Shown piece by piece: positions 31,755 through 45,550 of a stretch of DNA of 64,000 bases (position 1 is the stretch's first letter; every line of letters begins with the position of its first letter). Origin of the DNA: Balanoglossus misakiensis (lineage: Eukaryota; Animalia; Hemichordata). The stretch is from NCBI GenBank assembly GCA_040954595.2, contig CM082580.2, positions 10,704,390 to 10,768,389 of the forward strand, in the 5' to 3' direction. A program made the translations under genes and the position numbers. The notes under the pieces were generated by a model. The model searched no databases. It had not been told where the DNA came from and saw only the letters and a program-made list of their open reading frames with translations.

Positions 31755-34700
31755 ATGGCGTCTTGGGTTCAGGAAGGAACCAAAGGAGGCTGGAGCAAAC
31801 GATCTGCCCCCGAAGTACCAACCGCAACTTTGATTACATTCGATGGCAGCGATGCTGATTCAAGAGAGAATGCTGAGACCAAGTCAGGCGAGCAACAAAG
31901 CAAAGACGGAGACTTGAAACAGGTAAACACCAGCGAAAGTTACGATGATGAACTTGGCAACTGAAGCTTTATAGGGTTAAAGTCGATTTGAGGTCGTCAA
32001 TCAAGTGCGATGATTTATAATCTGGCAATCTACAGTTGTAAATATCTACGGCTATCGCCCGTGTTTATTAAGAGATGCAATGTCGTAGTTTTGCCAAACC
32101 TACGACCTGTTTATCCATCGTCGTTTTCAGTGCGGAAGTACGTACCAGGGGCCACGCCCCCTAAATTGACCACGCCCCCAAATTGGTCACAATTTCTGAC
32201 TGAACAAACGCAGAGGTATTACCCTATAAGACAATCATTTATGCATACAAGGAAATATAAAAATACATGTAGTTACAAAGAAACAAAACAATATTCGTAA
32301 ACAAAAGGGATATAATGAGGAAGTTTGGACGGAATTTAATCTGAGTTATAATTCGCAAATGTTTACCAACCACTGTCTGGAACATATTGTAACAGATTGC
32401 CAGTGTTGACAACTAGATTCAGGTCCGAATAAAGTGCAGTTTTCAACTAGAACACCTGGGCAGCAGTCAGGAATACAGAACAGGAATTAAGAGAGTTTAA
32501 ATCAACAAATAATGTGAAATTAAATTAGTCACCACCAGTATACACTTCCTTGTGGGCTTATGAAAATAGAAAAGTAAATATTTTAATTACTGCCTTATAT
32601 TCATGAAGCATGCATGGCTAAATGTTGCGCTTGTCACATGCTTATGGTGTTGTGTAAGACTCACATGATTTCCAGCGCATTGTTTTGACTTCCTCATAAG
32701 CAGGTGTATCCTAACCTGCCTGCAACCACTATTAACCCTTTCACCCCCAGTTCCCTCTTTAGAAGTCCAACCATACCATAGAAAACAATGGGTTTGGACT
32801 GAACCATGGTGGTGAAAGGGTTAAGAAGCAACAAATAATCAGATGTAATTGGAGTGTCCTGTATTTAACTGTTTGAACCCATCTCGGAAGAAAACATCTG
32901 AATGATATCATAGGGAGGTCACCAGTGGGTTAGTGTCAAAGGATATACTTTTTAGGACTATTATGTCTGACGTATACTTTTGAGGAATATAGGGAGCTAT
33001 TTTCTGCAACAGTGTAATCATTTCTCTGTTTGTTTTTCAGACCGACACTTCAAAACCGAAACTATGTGGATACCTCAATAAAATGGGAGCTAAGGGTCTG
33101 ATAAAATCCTACAAATCAAGATGGTAGGTGACAAAGTCCAAAAATGTCATAGACGTCATAGTTGCCCTCTGGGATAGTAACTAACAGCTCTTTCTTTGTT
33201 CTTATCTGAAGGTTCATCTATGACCCAAGACGATGTCATCTCTATTACTACAGGACACCCAATGATTTTGTTCCTTTGGGGTAAGATATGTTTGTCAGTT
33301 GATTTGAACAATTTGTCTGGTATTGGATACCATGTATCAGAGCTTTTTAAGACAGGATGTTAGGTCATGCATGGGTCATGCATTCTGCCAATTACTATTT
33401 CCGTCAAAGGATTCACATCCCATGATACCAATCTGTATATTATAAGCTTTTGATTTTCATTTCAATAAATATTTCAGGTCGATAGATATCGCCAATGCCT
33501 CTTTCACGTTTGACCAGAATGACAGTGAAAAAAAGGGTCAGTTTGACATTGTGTAAGTATAGTCATGGTCTCTCTGTCCAATAGAGGGAACCATTTATAG
33601 TATACTAGGATGTAGTCTCACATTTCCTTATCATTACAAATATGAGCACTACTGGTTTCATATTAAACACAAATAAAACACCCACTTTACTGTATATGAA
33701 CTTGCAAGACTGAACAACATGATTCAAAGGTTTCTGCTCAGTTTGAAAAAGTATAACTGCAAGTTTTTTTATTGCCACTGCAGAACAAAAGATCGTGTTT
33801 ATCAGTTACAAGCCAAGGATAACCACACAATGATGTTTTGGTTGCAAGAGTTACAAGTAAGTTACACATCTTTGATGCCATTTTATTGGTGAAATTGAAA
33901 CGATTTGGTTTGTAATAACAGATGTCTTTATTCAAAAGTGACAGTGTCAAGTACCTAGGCAAAATGTTGAGCAGACTCCGGTCTACAATGTGAATACCAA
34001 TTTAATGATTTTGTAACAATGTTTATAGGAACGAAGGAGAGAGTACAGCCAGCTGAGAACATTACAATCTGAGGAAAGAAATATAACTTCTGTACTGGTA
34101 AGCTATTTGTCTTTTTTAGCCCATATTCACTGCATATGACAAAATATTGTATTGAGAATACAAAGAGATCGTGTTAAAGATTGTGAAAATCGTTGGGCGG
34201 ATTTGAAAAAAGAAGAAACTGATGGTATCATCTCAGAAGCCTTTTGTATCAATTTGAACTATATGTCATTACTAATCATCACATGTTTTACTCTATTTCT
34301 TTCAGCAACCCACATCAGGCTTGTTGCATACATCAGATCCAAAGGAGTCTGCAAATGTCTCTGAGGCTTTGGCAGGTAATAGACTTTGTTCATGCATGCT
34401 CTCTCCATTTTGTGTGCAGCTTCATCAAAGACAGTCTCAAAAGAAGTATACCAAATTGGACAATTATGTCACAGTTTTAAAAATAGATATATAGCACATT
34501 AAAAACAGATGTGATTTACTTTCAAGTGTATGACGATTCCCTTTACTTCAACTTACCCATCCATAGCATTACCTACAGTGATCTCCCACGTGGATGTTCC
34601 CACTGGCACAGTCGGAGAGGGATCGGCCTATTCGCAGTCTGCAGATCACTCGGGAATACTCAACTGGTCAATAGCCAATTGGAAAACAGAACTCAGAAAT

Positions 34701-37700
34701 CAGATGACTACATTCCGGTGAGTTTAGATTCCCATATCTCCACTCAACCAATATCTTGTACATTCTTAAAATTGCAATGAGCATGTACTTGACGCAAAAG
34801 AATTTTCAGGAAATTCTTGCTCCCTGAAAAAGTTTTTTACTTCACACTAAGGGGGCCAAATTGTACATAGTAACAAGTTAATCAAACAAAAACCAAAGGT
34901 ACTTTCATGTTCAAATTATATACATTTTATTTAAACTTTCAGGACAAGAACACCAAGCAACACTTCCAGTCAGAATTCCAGACCAACCAGTACTTTTTAC
35001 GATTTACAGGAGGATGAAGACTTTGTTGCTTTAGAAATGGAGAAACACAAACAAAAATCGTAAGTTTAGACAACATCCATGTTTAGCACCAACAGTATAC
35101 TTTTTTGTAAATTGAGGCTTGAAGAGCCAACATTCTTTATGTAGATATGACTGACATACTAATGCTAAATTCATCATCAGGATTTGGCTAAAACCAGATG
35201 GACAAACAGCGCCCCCTATTTTGGGTATAGTTAAAAACGATAGTGGTTGATTCTTCTGAAAGCAGTCTTGAAAGTATATGTAATAAGAGACTTATGCTCA
35301 TTGTTTATTTTTCAGGCCTAGAGAAGGAATAGCATCCTCTATAAAAAGGTAGCATGTATTTGCTTGTTGTGATAAGTTTATTTATAATGCATTTTTAACA
35401 TTTAAAGAGCATTCGAATGAACTCATAGCTTAGCATTTTGATCAATTTTCCAATATTGTATTTTTCTCAGATGAACATCATACGGTTAATATACTCAGCT
35501 ATCAAAGTCCAGAACTGTAATTTTGATGTTTCACTTTTTTCATAGAAAATTTACATTACCAAGGCCTGGAGGTGAAAATGAACTTGCTCAGGTGGGCTAT
35601 AGCACTTTTTTAATTATGTTTATGTACCAGGAAATACTTGTCACCAAAGAGTGACCTGCATCATGTAGGATTTGAGATCTGAGCGAGATCTGTTATCAAA
35701 ATGAAGAGTGTAGTTTTGTCTTATCGCTAACTGTTGGTTTTGTTGCTTTGACTCTTCACAGTCACAACTTCAGGTGACCTTGTTGAGAGAGGAAATAGAA
35801 GATATGGAAATGGAACTCAGAGCTAGTAAGGAAGTCATGGCATTGTTACACAATCAGCTGAAAGCGACTCAACTAGAAAAAGACTCCTGGTATGTACATT
35901 TCATGTGTTTATGGATCCACTCAGCCTTGTTCTCTTGCAAGCTTATTGACCAGATTATCAATATCACCAACAAGACTCCACTGAGGTGTTAGCCCTGGTG
36001 ATATTTTCACCCAGAATGATCCAATCTCTGCTTCAACTCCATAATTTTGATTTCTTAATTTAACTCCTTAAAGTGCTGCCTTCCTGAAGTGTGACAATGA
36101 CAAAGAACAGGCACTTCTGATACAGAGAAAAGACAAGCAACTCATCCAACTGAACCAATTACTCGACGAATTCAGAGATGAGAGGGAAAATTTGCAAGAT
36201 CAGCTTAGGTAAGTGGAATATCCCAAGAATAACATGCAATTTGATGAAATATCACTGAGAGAATGAAACTCCCAGAAGGCAATGGTCCAAAATGATCGCC
36301 AACAAAATTAGACCTTGTGTACTTGAATTCCAGAGCTTGCAATCTTGAATTGGAATCTGTTAAAGATCAAAGTAGCATGATGTTGGAGTTGATCAAAGCC
36401 AAGGATGAAGTTGTCATGCAGTTGAGTAATCAGGTGAGTGGTGGGCATTGTGGTTAGATAGCACTCATCCATGTCCAAGTTGTCATGTTGAAAGCACATA
36501 TGTGTCAGTCAGTTTGAGACCACATGTCATATACGACCTACATGACTACTATGTACATGTCACATTGAGTCTTTGTGTCTGCAGTTGTGGCTTATGACGA
36601 TTGTGATGTTTTGACCTCCAGATATTTGAACTTGAAGAAAACCCACCCAATACAGGAACATGGCCCACTGAAAACAAACAGAGATCAGCCAGCACTAACA
36701 GCGCACTCAAAACTATGGAGGATGCCAAGGAAATTGAGAAATTAAAGGTAAAATGAAGTAGATGGGGGGTTTTTTTGATGAAAAATTACAGGTGTATGGA
36801 CTGTATCAGGCAGAGCCCCTCATCAGGATGCCCAATGTTTCTCTGTTTTTGTAGAATGTCATATACATGTACTCTTCGCCAAACAGTGATTTCCGAAACA
36901 TTTTCTTTGCTTCTTCGTTAGGATGCATGCCAGGCGTTTGAAATGCAGAATAAATTCCTGAACAAAGAAATTCTCGAGCTGAACGAACTGAGACAGAACG
37001 ACATGGCCAGAGAGAGGAAGATTATGGAGTAAGTGCAATGGTTATCATCATTACTGCCTTTCAGTTGAAATGTTTATTTGGTGTGCGCCATTCAATCTAT
37101 AAGTCGTCCAATTGAAGCAACCAACATTTTAGCAGCTGCCATATAGACTACAAGGTGACTCGATCTATATAAGTGAAACCATCTCTTGTATTACAGAAAG
37201 CATGCTCTTGTAGAAGCGGAGCTGTACAGAATTCAAAGCAAATACTTCATTTTGTTGAAAGAAATGCATGCACCGAGAAGAGGTAAGTGGAATTGGCCAT
37301 GCAGTTGTTGTGTGATATGTCAGACATAGTTGTAGATCTATCCACATTTCTTTTAAAGAGATTAAAGTATTTTACAAGAGGATTTGAAGATCATGAAATT
37401 ATTTTCCATGATTGCCATTACAGAGGGAGTCTCTGGTCCAAGTGATGATATGGTGTCTCAATTATTACAAGAAGCGTTAGATACAGATGTGACAGAGACT
37501 GTGCAAAGACCACCTGGACGATTCAGGTAAAAATCAAATGATGTATCTTCCTGGGTACGTTCCCCAATAAGGCATTGAAATGTTTCTGACCAGTTCACAT
37601 TTCACATGTGTATTAAGTTCTCAACCAGAGTAATATCGCTGAGTTTGTGGCCCATGTTAAGGGATGGGGCCATCCATTATATTGACAAAGCCCAAGGGAG

Positions 37701-40555
37701 CCAAATTTTGTGTCTCACACAAAATCTTTCTATCATTGCAGTCATAAAGATGATTATGATCAGTATGGATTCAGCAGGCGGCTTGAGGGAACTGATGAAG
37801 ACTCTCTGGTTTCCAAGGCGACAGATCTACAAAGAAGATCAGAGGAAATCACGGCAAGTTAAAACTTTCTTAAAATTAAGTTCTCTCGTGCCCTGTGCAA
37901 CATAATTCAAGCAGGTTGCATTTCATAATGCTTATAGCAATTCAACTGTGTATTAAACATGTCACCTTTCTTCTTAGACAAAAGTGGTTGATTTAGAGAT
38001 GTCAAATGGAGTGAAATGGGAGAATTACATTGTCGCTCAACGGAAGAGACCATTTACAAGATCGGTGAGTAATGTCGCATGATGCAAACAACAGCAGTGT
38101 TCTATCTATGGGATATAGTCATGTGATAGTGGTACAAATAAATACACAAGGGTGAGCGCGTGCATTCATAGAAATACTCAGACTTCTAAAGCTGTTCTAA
38201 TTCCTTTGTAAATGTATATATATATATTTAAAAACCATTAATTTCACACTGATTTTGAAATCTATTCTTGCAGCCGGAGTTGAAGGGGTTGATCCGGGCA
38301 GGAATTCCAAATGAGTACCGAGAACAAATCTGGAAAGGGTGAGGATTCCATTCACAGGCAAACTTCAACTCGTTTTTGAATCGTTCCTCATATGATTTCA
38401 GTTGTGGCTTTGTCCGTGCGTGTTTCTGAGAAATATTATCATCTTGTCATGCTGTATGAAAAACTAAGTTGTACAGCACAATGTTGAGTGTTGATGTTTT
38501 TATCTTATACTTTCTTATACAGATGTATTTATCATCTTGTTCAAAATGTCAAAGATGCAAAAGGACTTGGGTACTACCAAAAACTTCATGAATCAGAGGT
38601 AAGCTCTGTGAACCCTCTCTCCCCCAGATTTCTATAGAAGCCCAACTTTACCGTAGAAAACATGAATTTGAAGTATCTTAAGTGAACAGTAATATCAACA
38701 TTTAACTTTTTTCCCTTTAGCAGTTCAAGTTGCGTCCATCTGCTAAACAGATTGAACTAGACTTGCTGAGAACGCTGCCCAACAATAAACATTATGAAAA
38801 CATGGACTCTGATGGAGTAAGTACACAGCTGCAAACAATTTTAACAACATTGTGCTTTGTTCTGCTTGACAATATGTTTGATTGTCTTAATGGGAAAGTA
38901 ACCTCTACCCAAATTCTGCTTGTAAGGTTCCCAAGCTGCGAAGAGTTCTGTTGGCATACAGCTGTCACAATCCAGACATTGGTTACTGTCAGGTAAGTTT
39001 GAGTGTTCTTTGAAGCCGTTTGTCCAGATAGCTACTATTTAAACTTCTGCTTATGTCAGGTTAAAGGGCACTGATCTTTTTATGTGCATAAGGCGGTGTG
39101 CTGTCCTAACAACATACAATATGGCAGCGACCGTACTAGTAGTCTGTGTCGGAGATCAGGAAAAGACAGCAAATTGGATGAAAAGAAGGTACAAAACTAA
39201 AGATTGCTTATTCGATTATATTTCTTTTACAGGGTTTGAACAGAGTAGCAGCCATTGCCCTGCTGTTTCTCTCAGAAGAGGATGCGTTCTGGTAAGTTGT
39301 AGGCACTTGTTTTCACCTTTCAGAAGCATCACACAGTTTGTCAGGTAGAAATGTAACAATGACAGCATCATTATAGTCACACATGTTAATCCACATTCTT
39401 TTGCTTTGAACCATTTCAGGTGTCTGGTGGCAATCGTTGAGCACATCATGCCAAGAGACTACTACAGTAAGACACTGATCGGCTCACAGACTGATCAGAG
39501 AGTCTTTAAAGATGTACTGGCTGACAAGGCACCAAGAATCAGTGCACACCTTGATACCTACAAGTAAGAAAACGTTTCTTCATAGTCTCTTCCCATCGAA
39601 TTCCTTCTTAGAGGAAATATCTCATGCAATTTATATGGCTTATTTGAAAAATGAATTATTTTTTTCACAGGGTTGATCTTTCCCTTATTACTTTCAACTG
39701 GTTTCTAACCATCTTCTGTGAAACAGTACCCATAGAGGTAAGATTTTAAGCATTTAATATGTGGTCACATTCCTGCAGCTATTAAAGTTTGATGTGATGA
39801 TGTTCGTTTCTAGTTTTCACAAGAAAACACTTCAGATTGAAATGAAGTTCTCTCAACTTTTTGGGTAAAAAATGAATGTCTCAATCTCAGAAAGTTACAG
39901 CACCATAATCTGCTGAAACACTATTTTATGAATGTGGGTCTTTTTGCATCTCAACAGACAATGCTCAGGATATGGGATAGCATGCTTTATGAAGGTAACA
40001 AGGTGCTCTTCAGATTTGCATTGGCTTTCTTCAGATATTCCGAGGAAGAGCTCCTGAAACTTTCAGATTACATGGCAATATTTAACTACCTCCGGCACAT
40101 GTCGATGAAAATGACAGACGTCAGGAAAATAGCGCAGGTAAGAAATGCATAGGTTTATTTGGAAGGTAACACTTGGCAGTTTCTGATTTTGTTTACCAGT
40201 ATGGTTGCCATTTTATTGGTTAATAACTAGTAAGCACAACATACTTTCAATGTCCACAGATTGCATTCCATGACCTGAATCCATTTCCACGGAAACCAAT
40301 CAACAGCAGAAGAGCCTATCATCTGGCCCAGGTTAAGGTAAGAAGCTGGCCCTCATATGTAATACATGTACTTGATCATTGTAGAATCTAGAGATCTACA
40401 GAGATCTACGGGGGTGAGATACGCATATCTTTTAACATTACTACTGCTGTTATTTATTTTAGGCTGAGCTGGCAGAAATCAATGCCTTGAGAGAAGAGTT
40501 CATATCTATTAGAGCGGATGGTGAGGAAGAAATCTTCAGCGATGAAGATAACTGA
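31755..40555 (+). CDS. TBC1D2B: TBC1D2/TBC1D2B-like Rab GTPase-activating protein (PH, coiled coil, TBC)
   Basis: KLCGYLNKMG..KSRWF (PH domain), coiled-coil exons, LKGLIRAGIP.EYR..IW, QIELDLLRTLPNN (R finger), GYCQGLN (Q finger), FNWFL, LRIWD..LYEG.KVLFRFALA; ends FSDEDN*. Confidence 0.92.
32732..32824. mobile_element. ~90-bp piggyBac-like MITE, copy 3 (opposite orientation)
   Basis: TTAA-CCCTTTCACC...GGTGAAAGGG-TTAA; reverse complement of the 29596 copy. Confidence 0.85.
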
Positions 40556-42359
40556 CAAGACACTTGTGTATTAATTCTGTGAATACGCTGTAAATATTCA
40601 GTACAGTACAGTACAGAGTTACATGTATGTTGCATCAAAGGCTGGTACTGTCATGGCACAGTAGTTTTCCAAGCTTAAATGTGTATCTTTTCTGCATGTA
40701 AACAAGACATCAACATCATATCAGAGTAAGACCGTGTCAACCAATGCATGTTACATCAAATTATGATGAGAATGTGATGAACAGTAACAATTAAAGCTTT
40801 GTTTTCGCTAATGTACATTGCACCAGTTTCTGTGCACCTATTTTCACTTGCTAGCAACTGTCTTCCATGGGACTCATACGTGCAACCACAGATGGGAACA
40901 GTCACCCTTCCCTCTAAAAGGGAGATATGTATATATGTATTATGTTTTTATATCAATTTTTATATTTTTCTGTTTTAACTTCCAGTTTACTTGGTGGGTT
41001 TTGTAAATTTTCATACAGCACTCAACACTTGGATTTTTGTACTGCAATGAACTCATGATTAAGATTAGGAAATAAGTTATAAGTATTGTACGGTAATATG
41101 CAAAAGCATCAGATTTTTAAATGTCAAAGAACTACCCTTAGTATTGGGAGAGAAAAGAGTATTCTCCAGGTATAACTGGATATGGGACATTTGCAAGAGG
41201 TACCTATAAGCTGGCCTCATTATTGTTGGGAGAGGTAACCTTTTGTCAGAGAAATATATTTGTTTCATAGCAAATTAAGAAAGTGACTAGTTTGCCATTT
41301 CCTGCCACAGCATATTTTATGTCTTTGATTGTTGAGTCTTCCTCCACCATTTCTTAAAAAGACATACTGTTTATCAAAGGCAACATGGAGATTCCTATGA
41401 ACTACTAACTGTGAAATATTAACTATAGTAGAGTCAAATACAGTGTGTTGAATTATGAAGGAATAAACATCACACGTATTGAAAATCTTATAAGATTTTT
41501 TGATATGGCTGTCTCAAACTTGTCCAATGCCCAGATGTGACCTATTCCACTACAAAGTAGTTCAGACCTTTCAAAAGTGCAGGCCTTATAATAATGAGAA
41601 TGATAAGATGCCAACCACCCTACATAGATGTATGTTTTTAGCGCATAAATTTCAACTGAACAATGGCATCGATACGAGACGAAATGTTATCACCTTCGTA
41701 TCAAACACATGTTACATTATTTTGAGATTCCCATGCATATCACTCTTTGAAAGTTGACTTAGTCGACATAGATATCATTTGGCTATCGTCACCTCGTAAA
41801 GAATTGTCAAATCGCCCTTTTTATTTTGTGTGGCTGATAGAGTTATAGCATATTGCTACGTGTAAGTTAACCTATGAACCTCTGCCACCCAACTGAAATA
41901 ATTTTGTCAATTAAAGGACTGGTCAGAATAACTGATGAATACACATGCACATATTGTAGCGTTGTGGCACCAAAATCCAATTTCAGCACACAGGAGCAGA
42001 TAACATGAGAATACATGAATGATAACGTTGACTGTTAGGCCTATAAAAGGGGTAACAGAGGGGGTCACGTTGTAGGTCTAGTTGTTAATGCGTGTTATCT
42101 TTGCGGAATCGTGCATATGATAGTGTACCACCTGTTGGTGGACACAATGCTTTTTAAGACGTTGTATTTGGATGTAGGTTGAACATGTATGAAAAAAGTA
42201 TAGTGCCATGCCTTCAAGCTCCCAGACAACCTTATTCGCCGTGATACACTTTGACATCCCTACCCGTGTGTAAATGGAATAGTCTAAAAGTTTGAAAAAA
42301 ATTAAGACATAAATGGATGCACCATCTGCAGTTTTTGAGATTAAACTCGCAGCTGGACC

Positions 42360-43685
42360 ATGGCGTTCAGATTCGGAGCCTTCGTGCTCCTCTCCTGCAT
42401 GGCCCTGGGGCTGGGCCCTTCGGTCGTACAGTCGCAGGTCTCGATGAAGAAATACTGCGACGCTACGAATAAAACAATCCACGACTACGGCGGGACGTCT
42501 CTTCAAACCGGGCAGTTTACCCCGCTCAGCAACTTTAAGGGATACACTTTGTTGATCCTCCCTACTTCCACCTACTGAGGTATGTAACATATTTTAGCAA
42601 TGTACTATTTGTTTGGACCATCAAATAATTTGTCATTTTGAAATTTGGAGACCTAATATTTTACCAATTTGGAAGCGGTGTAAAAGTCGGGGCTATATAC
42701 GATGTTTTTTACTTGGAACAAGCAAGTCACAAACCAAAACTTAACGCTAGCTACTCAAACTATCTATGTGCTACCTAACAAATTTACGATGAATATCACA
42801 GAATTCATGTAATGTCCTTAAAAATCGTCTGATTTCTTTTTTTTAATAATAGGTTTGACCCATCAGTATTTGGAACTGAATGCACTTGTTGATGAATTTG
42901 CCGCGGAAAACTTCACCATTCTTGGGTATCCGTGTAACCAGTTCTGTAAGTATTGATATCAACCCTCTCAGTTCAGATATTCTTTTGTAACTTGACTCTG
43001 CCCTGTTCATTCGTTAGGCCTAAATACTGAAGTTATCTTCTTTCTGAGAATACCTAGTAACTCTTTTTTACAGCGTTGCAAGAACCTGGGGCAAATGATG
43101 AGATATTGAATGGCATCAGGCATGTACGTCCGGGAGGAGGGTACGAGCCAAACTTCACACTTTTCGAGAAGAATGATGTCAACGGGGTAAATGCCCAAGA
43201 GGTGTGGAGATACCTTCAGGTAGGCGATGCTCAGGATCCAACGTTCTTATTTTAACATATAGAATAGATATAGGCCGATGTAGTACGCGCACGTAAACGC
43301 ATGATATGTATATTATGATATGTATATTTGGGCATATGTATTTGTTAATAAGAGGCTGTATGCAATTTGTGTATGTGCGCGCTCTTCTCTTCCGACATTC
43401 GATTGAAATGTTAGAGAGATATAAGATTATTGAAATTCTATTGTCTCTTTTTAACCACCACAGGATATCTGCAAAACCCCAAATCCTGAGCTAGGGAGCA
43501 AGGACAGCTTGGCTTGGGATCAGCTTCATGCTGACGACATCCGCTGGACTTTCATGGAGAGGTTCATCATCGATGCAAATGGTTATCCGTACATCCGCAT
43601 CTACGACCCCAAGGACCCGTATGCGCCCGGTGGTTTGAGGGAAGACCTGGAGCAGTATTTCAGAGATGGTTACATCGATCTGTAA
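42360..43685 (+). CDS. Secreted selenocysteine glutathione peroxidase, copy A (GPX3/6-like)
   Basis: Exons 42360-42579, 42853-42945, 43074-43219, 43464-43685; signal peptide; in-frame TGA at 42576-42578 (PTSTY-U-GLT); YPCNQFSLQEPG; VRPGGG; [10 protein letters not shown]. Confidence 0.93.
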
Positions 43686-43826
43686 AGCGCGCCACCATGC
43701 GAATGATTGAGGGATAATTACAAAGACGTTTAATATCACGAACTCATGCATTGCGCTACTTTGATAATTGTGAGGCATTTTTTCGCCAGTCAAAATGGAT
43801 ATTAAGATGGCAGCTTGTTTTGTTTT

Positions 43827-43980
43827 CATGGCAACACTATTCATGACGGGCTGACAACAAACCATGTCTATGGTGTGTCTGTCCTGATACCTTATTGTCA
43901 TAGTTACGAAATGTTTTGTGCATTCCATTTTGTAACCAACCAATATCAATTGTTGCCATGGTTTTGTAAACATCAATAAA
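43827..43980 (+). promoter_or_regulatory. SECIS element A plus conserved downstream hairpin and polyA signal
   Basis: ATGA 43843, helix II, AAA with CCA/TGG apical mini-stem (type II), TGA 43885; AATAAA 43975. Confidence 0.9.
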
Positions 43981-45550
43981 CTGTCTACTTGATATTAATA
44001 AAGTGTCTCAATGATTGATCAATGTTACCTTTGCACACTCACTATACCACCGCGTTGTTCTATGTTCGATGATCTCATAGAAAATGATTGACATCTGCGA
44101 AGAATTGGACATTCTACCCAGGGGGTGTCAACGTACCTTGGGCATGATGGATGCTGTGTGTACGATAATATATATCATGTATATGGACTCAGTAAACAAC
44201 GCCATCATGCGACTAAGCGGTAAAATATTACCCATGGTGAAGGAATGCTTATCACTTCACAAAATCTTGAATGCAAATATGCGAACATATGGCTAAATAT
44301 ATTCTCATTTTCTGACAGTTTTCACTAAAGTTTCTGAAGAATAAAGCACGTTTGGTGTTCAAGACAAATAAGCCACAGGCGCATATGGCATATTTTGGGA
44401 TAGTGCAGATCATTTTTAATTTGTAGGATATGCATTACTTGTTGTTTTTATGTACAGCATTTCATCATCGTCAAATGGAGAATGACGACATGCATGCTTC
44501 TTTGGAAGAAGCGTTTTAAAACCACAGCATTTACATGGATAATCTGCATGTGATTTGACTCTGAAGTATATTGTAAGAAACAAAAGAGACACACATATAT
44601 ATATATATTATCATTTTACTTGTTGTCCTTTTCTGAAAGTTCATCTTAATAAACCACTTTTGGTGGCAATGTCGGAACGCGCGGCCATAATGACCTGAAT
44701 CCCTATCGTAGTTCGTAATGATGCGGTTTGTGTCGGAACACACCGGAATTATCTAACAGATTACGAGTCACGCATGCCCGTTTTGTAATATTCTCACAGT
44801 GAGTGCCAACATTCGACATCTCAGTACAAAGGTTCGTGTCGGGGTGAAGGACGGTGCGTCCCAGCAGCACGCAATGTGAGTTGTCTGATAACCGCTTGTG
44901 CAATAGAATCTGCACCGTGTTATCCTCCTCGGTCACGAAAAGGGCGTTCACCGTTCAGCAGATGTTGTTGAAATGTAAGGCTATTTGCGTAAGTGATAAT
45001 TTGCATAAATGGTGTAAGCTTGTTGCATGTGCCCGTAACTAGAAATCGCCAATTTTTAGGTGTACGCAAGAAACGTTCTGTGGTGGCCTCAAATTACTTT
45101 AGGCCTAGTCTTAATCTCCCACAGGATATCAGACCATGCAGAAAAATCATATTTTACAATAATGATAAAGTTTGACAGAAGCGCTAGGCACACTGTCTGC
45201 TTCCGAGCGAATCAAACCAGCTGTAGATAGTGATGTAATGATAGTGAGTTTTTTTACGTCAGACACTGTGAACACATCACAATAAAGGGACTAGTCTATA
45301 AAGTTGAGAGTGGGAACATAATCGGGGGGGGGGGGATTATTGTTTCCGATGGTTTACGACTGCAGAGTTTCAATGTTAAATTTCAGCTTGGCGTGAACTC
45401 ATACCGCATTGGTCGGCCCCTAGCAGTTTTTAAACGTAGGTCTACGTGTTCAAAATCATGAGAATACTACCATGTGTGCACACACCGAGTGCTTTTTTTT
45501 TTCAATAAAAGGGCCAGTCAACTGAAATTAGGCATTATGTGAGGTGGATC

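Noticed and set aside
43903-43936. Conserved hairpin as an iron-responsive element (TAGTGC resembles CAGUGN)
   Set aside because: No CAGUGH hexaloop closed by a 5-bp stem with a bulged C; copy A reads TTGTGC.
44640-45290. GC-richer intergenic stretch between GPx A and B as a transposon coding remnant
   Set aside because: No identifiable transposase or RT motifs, termini or TSD.
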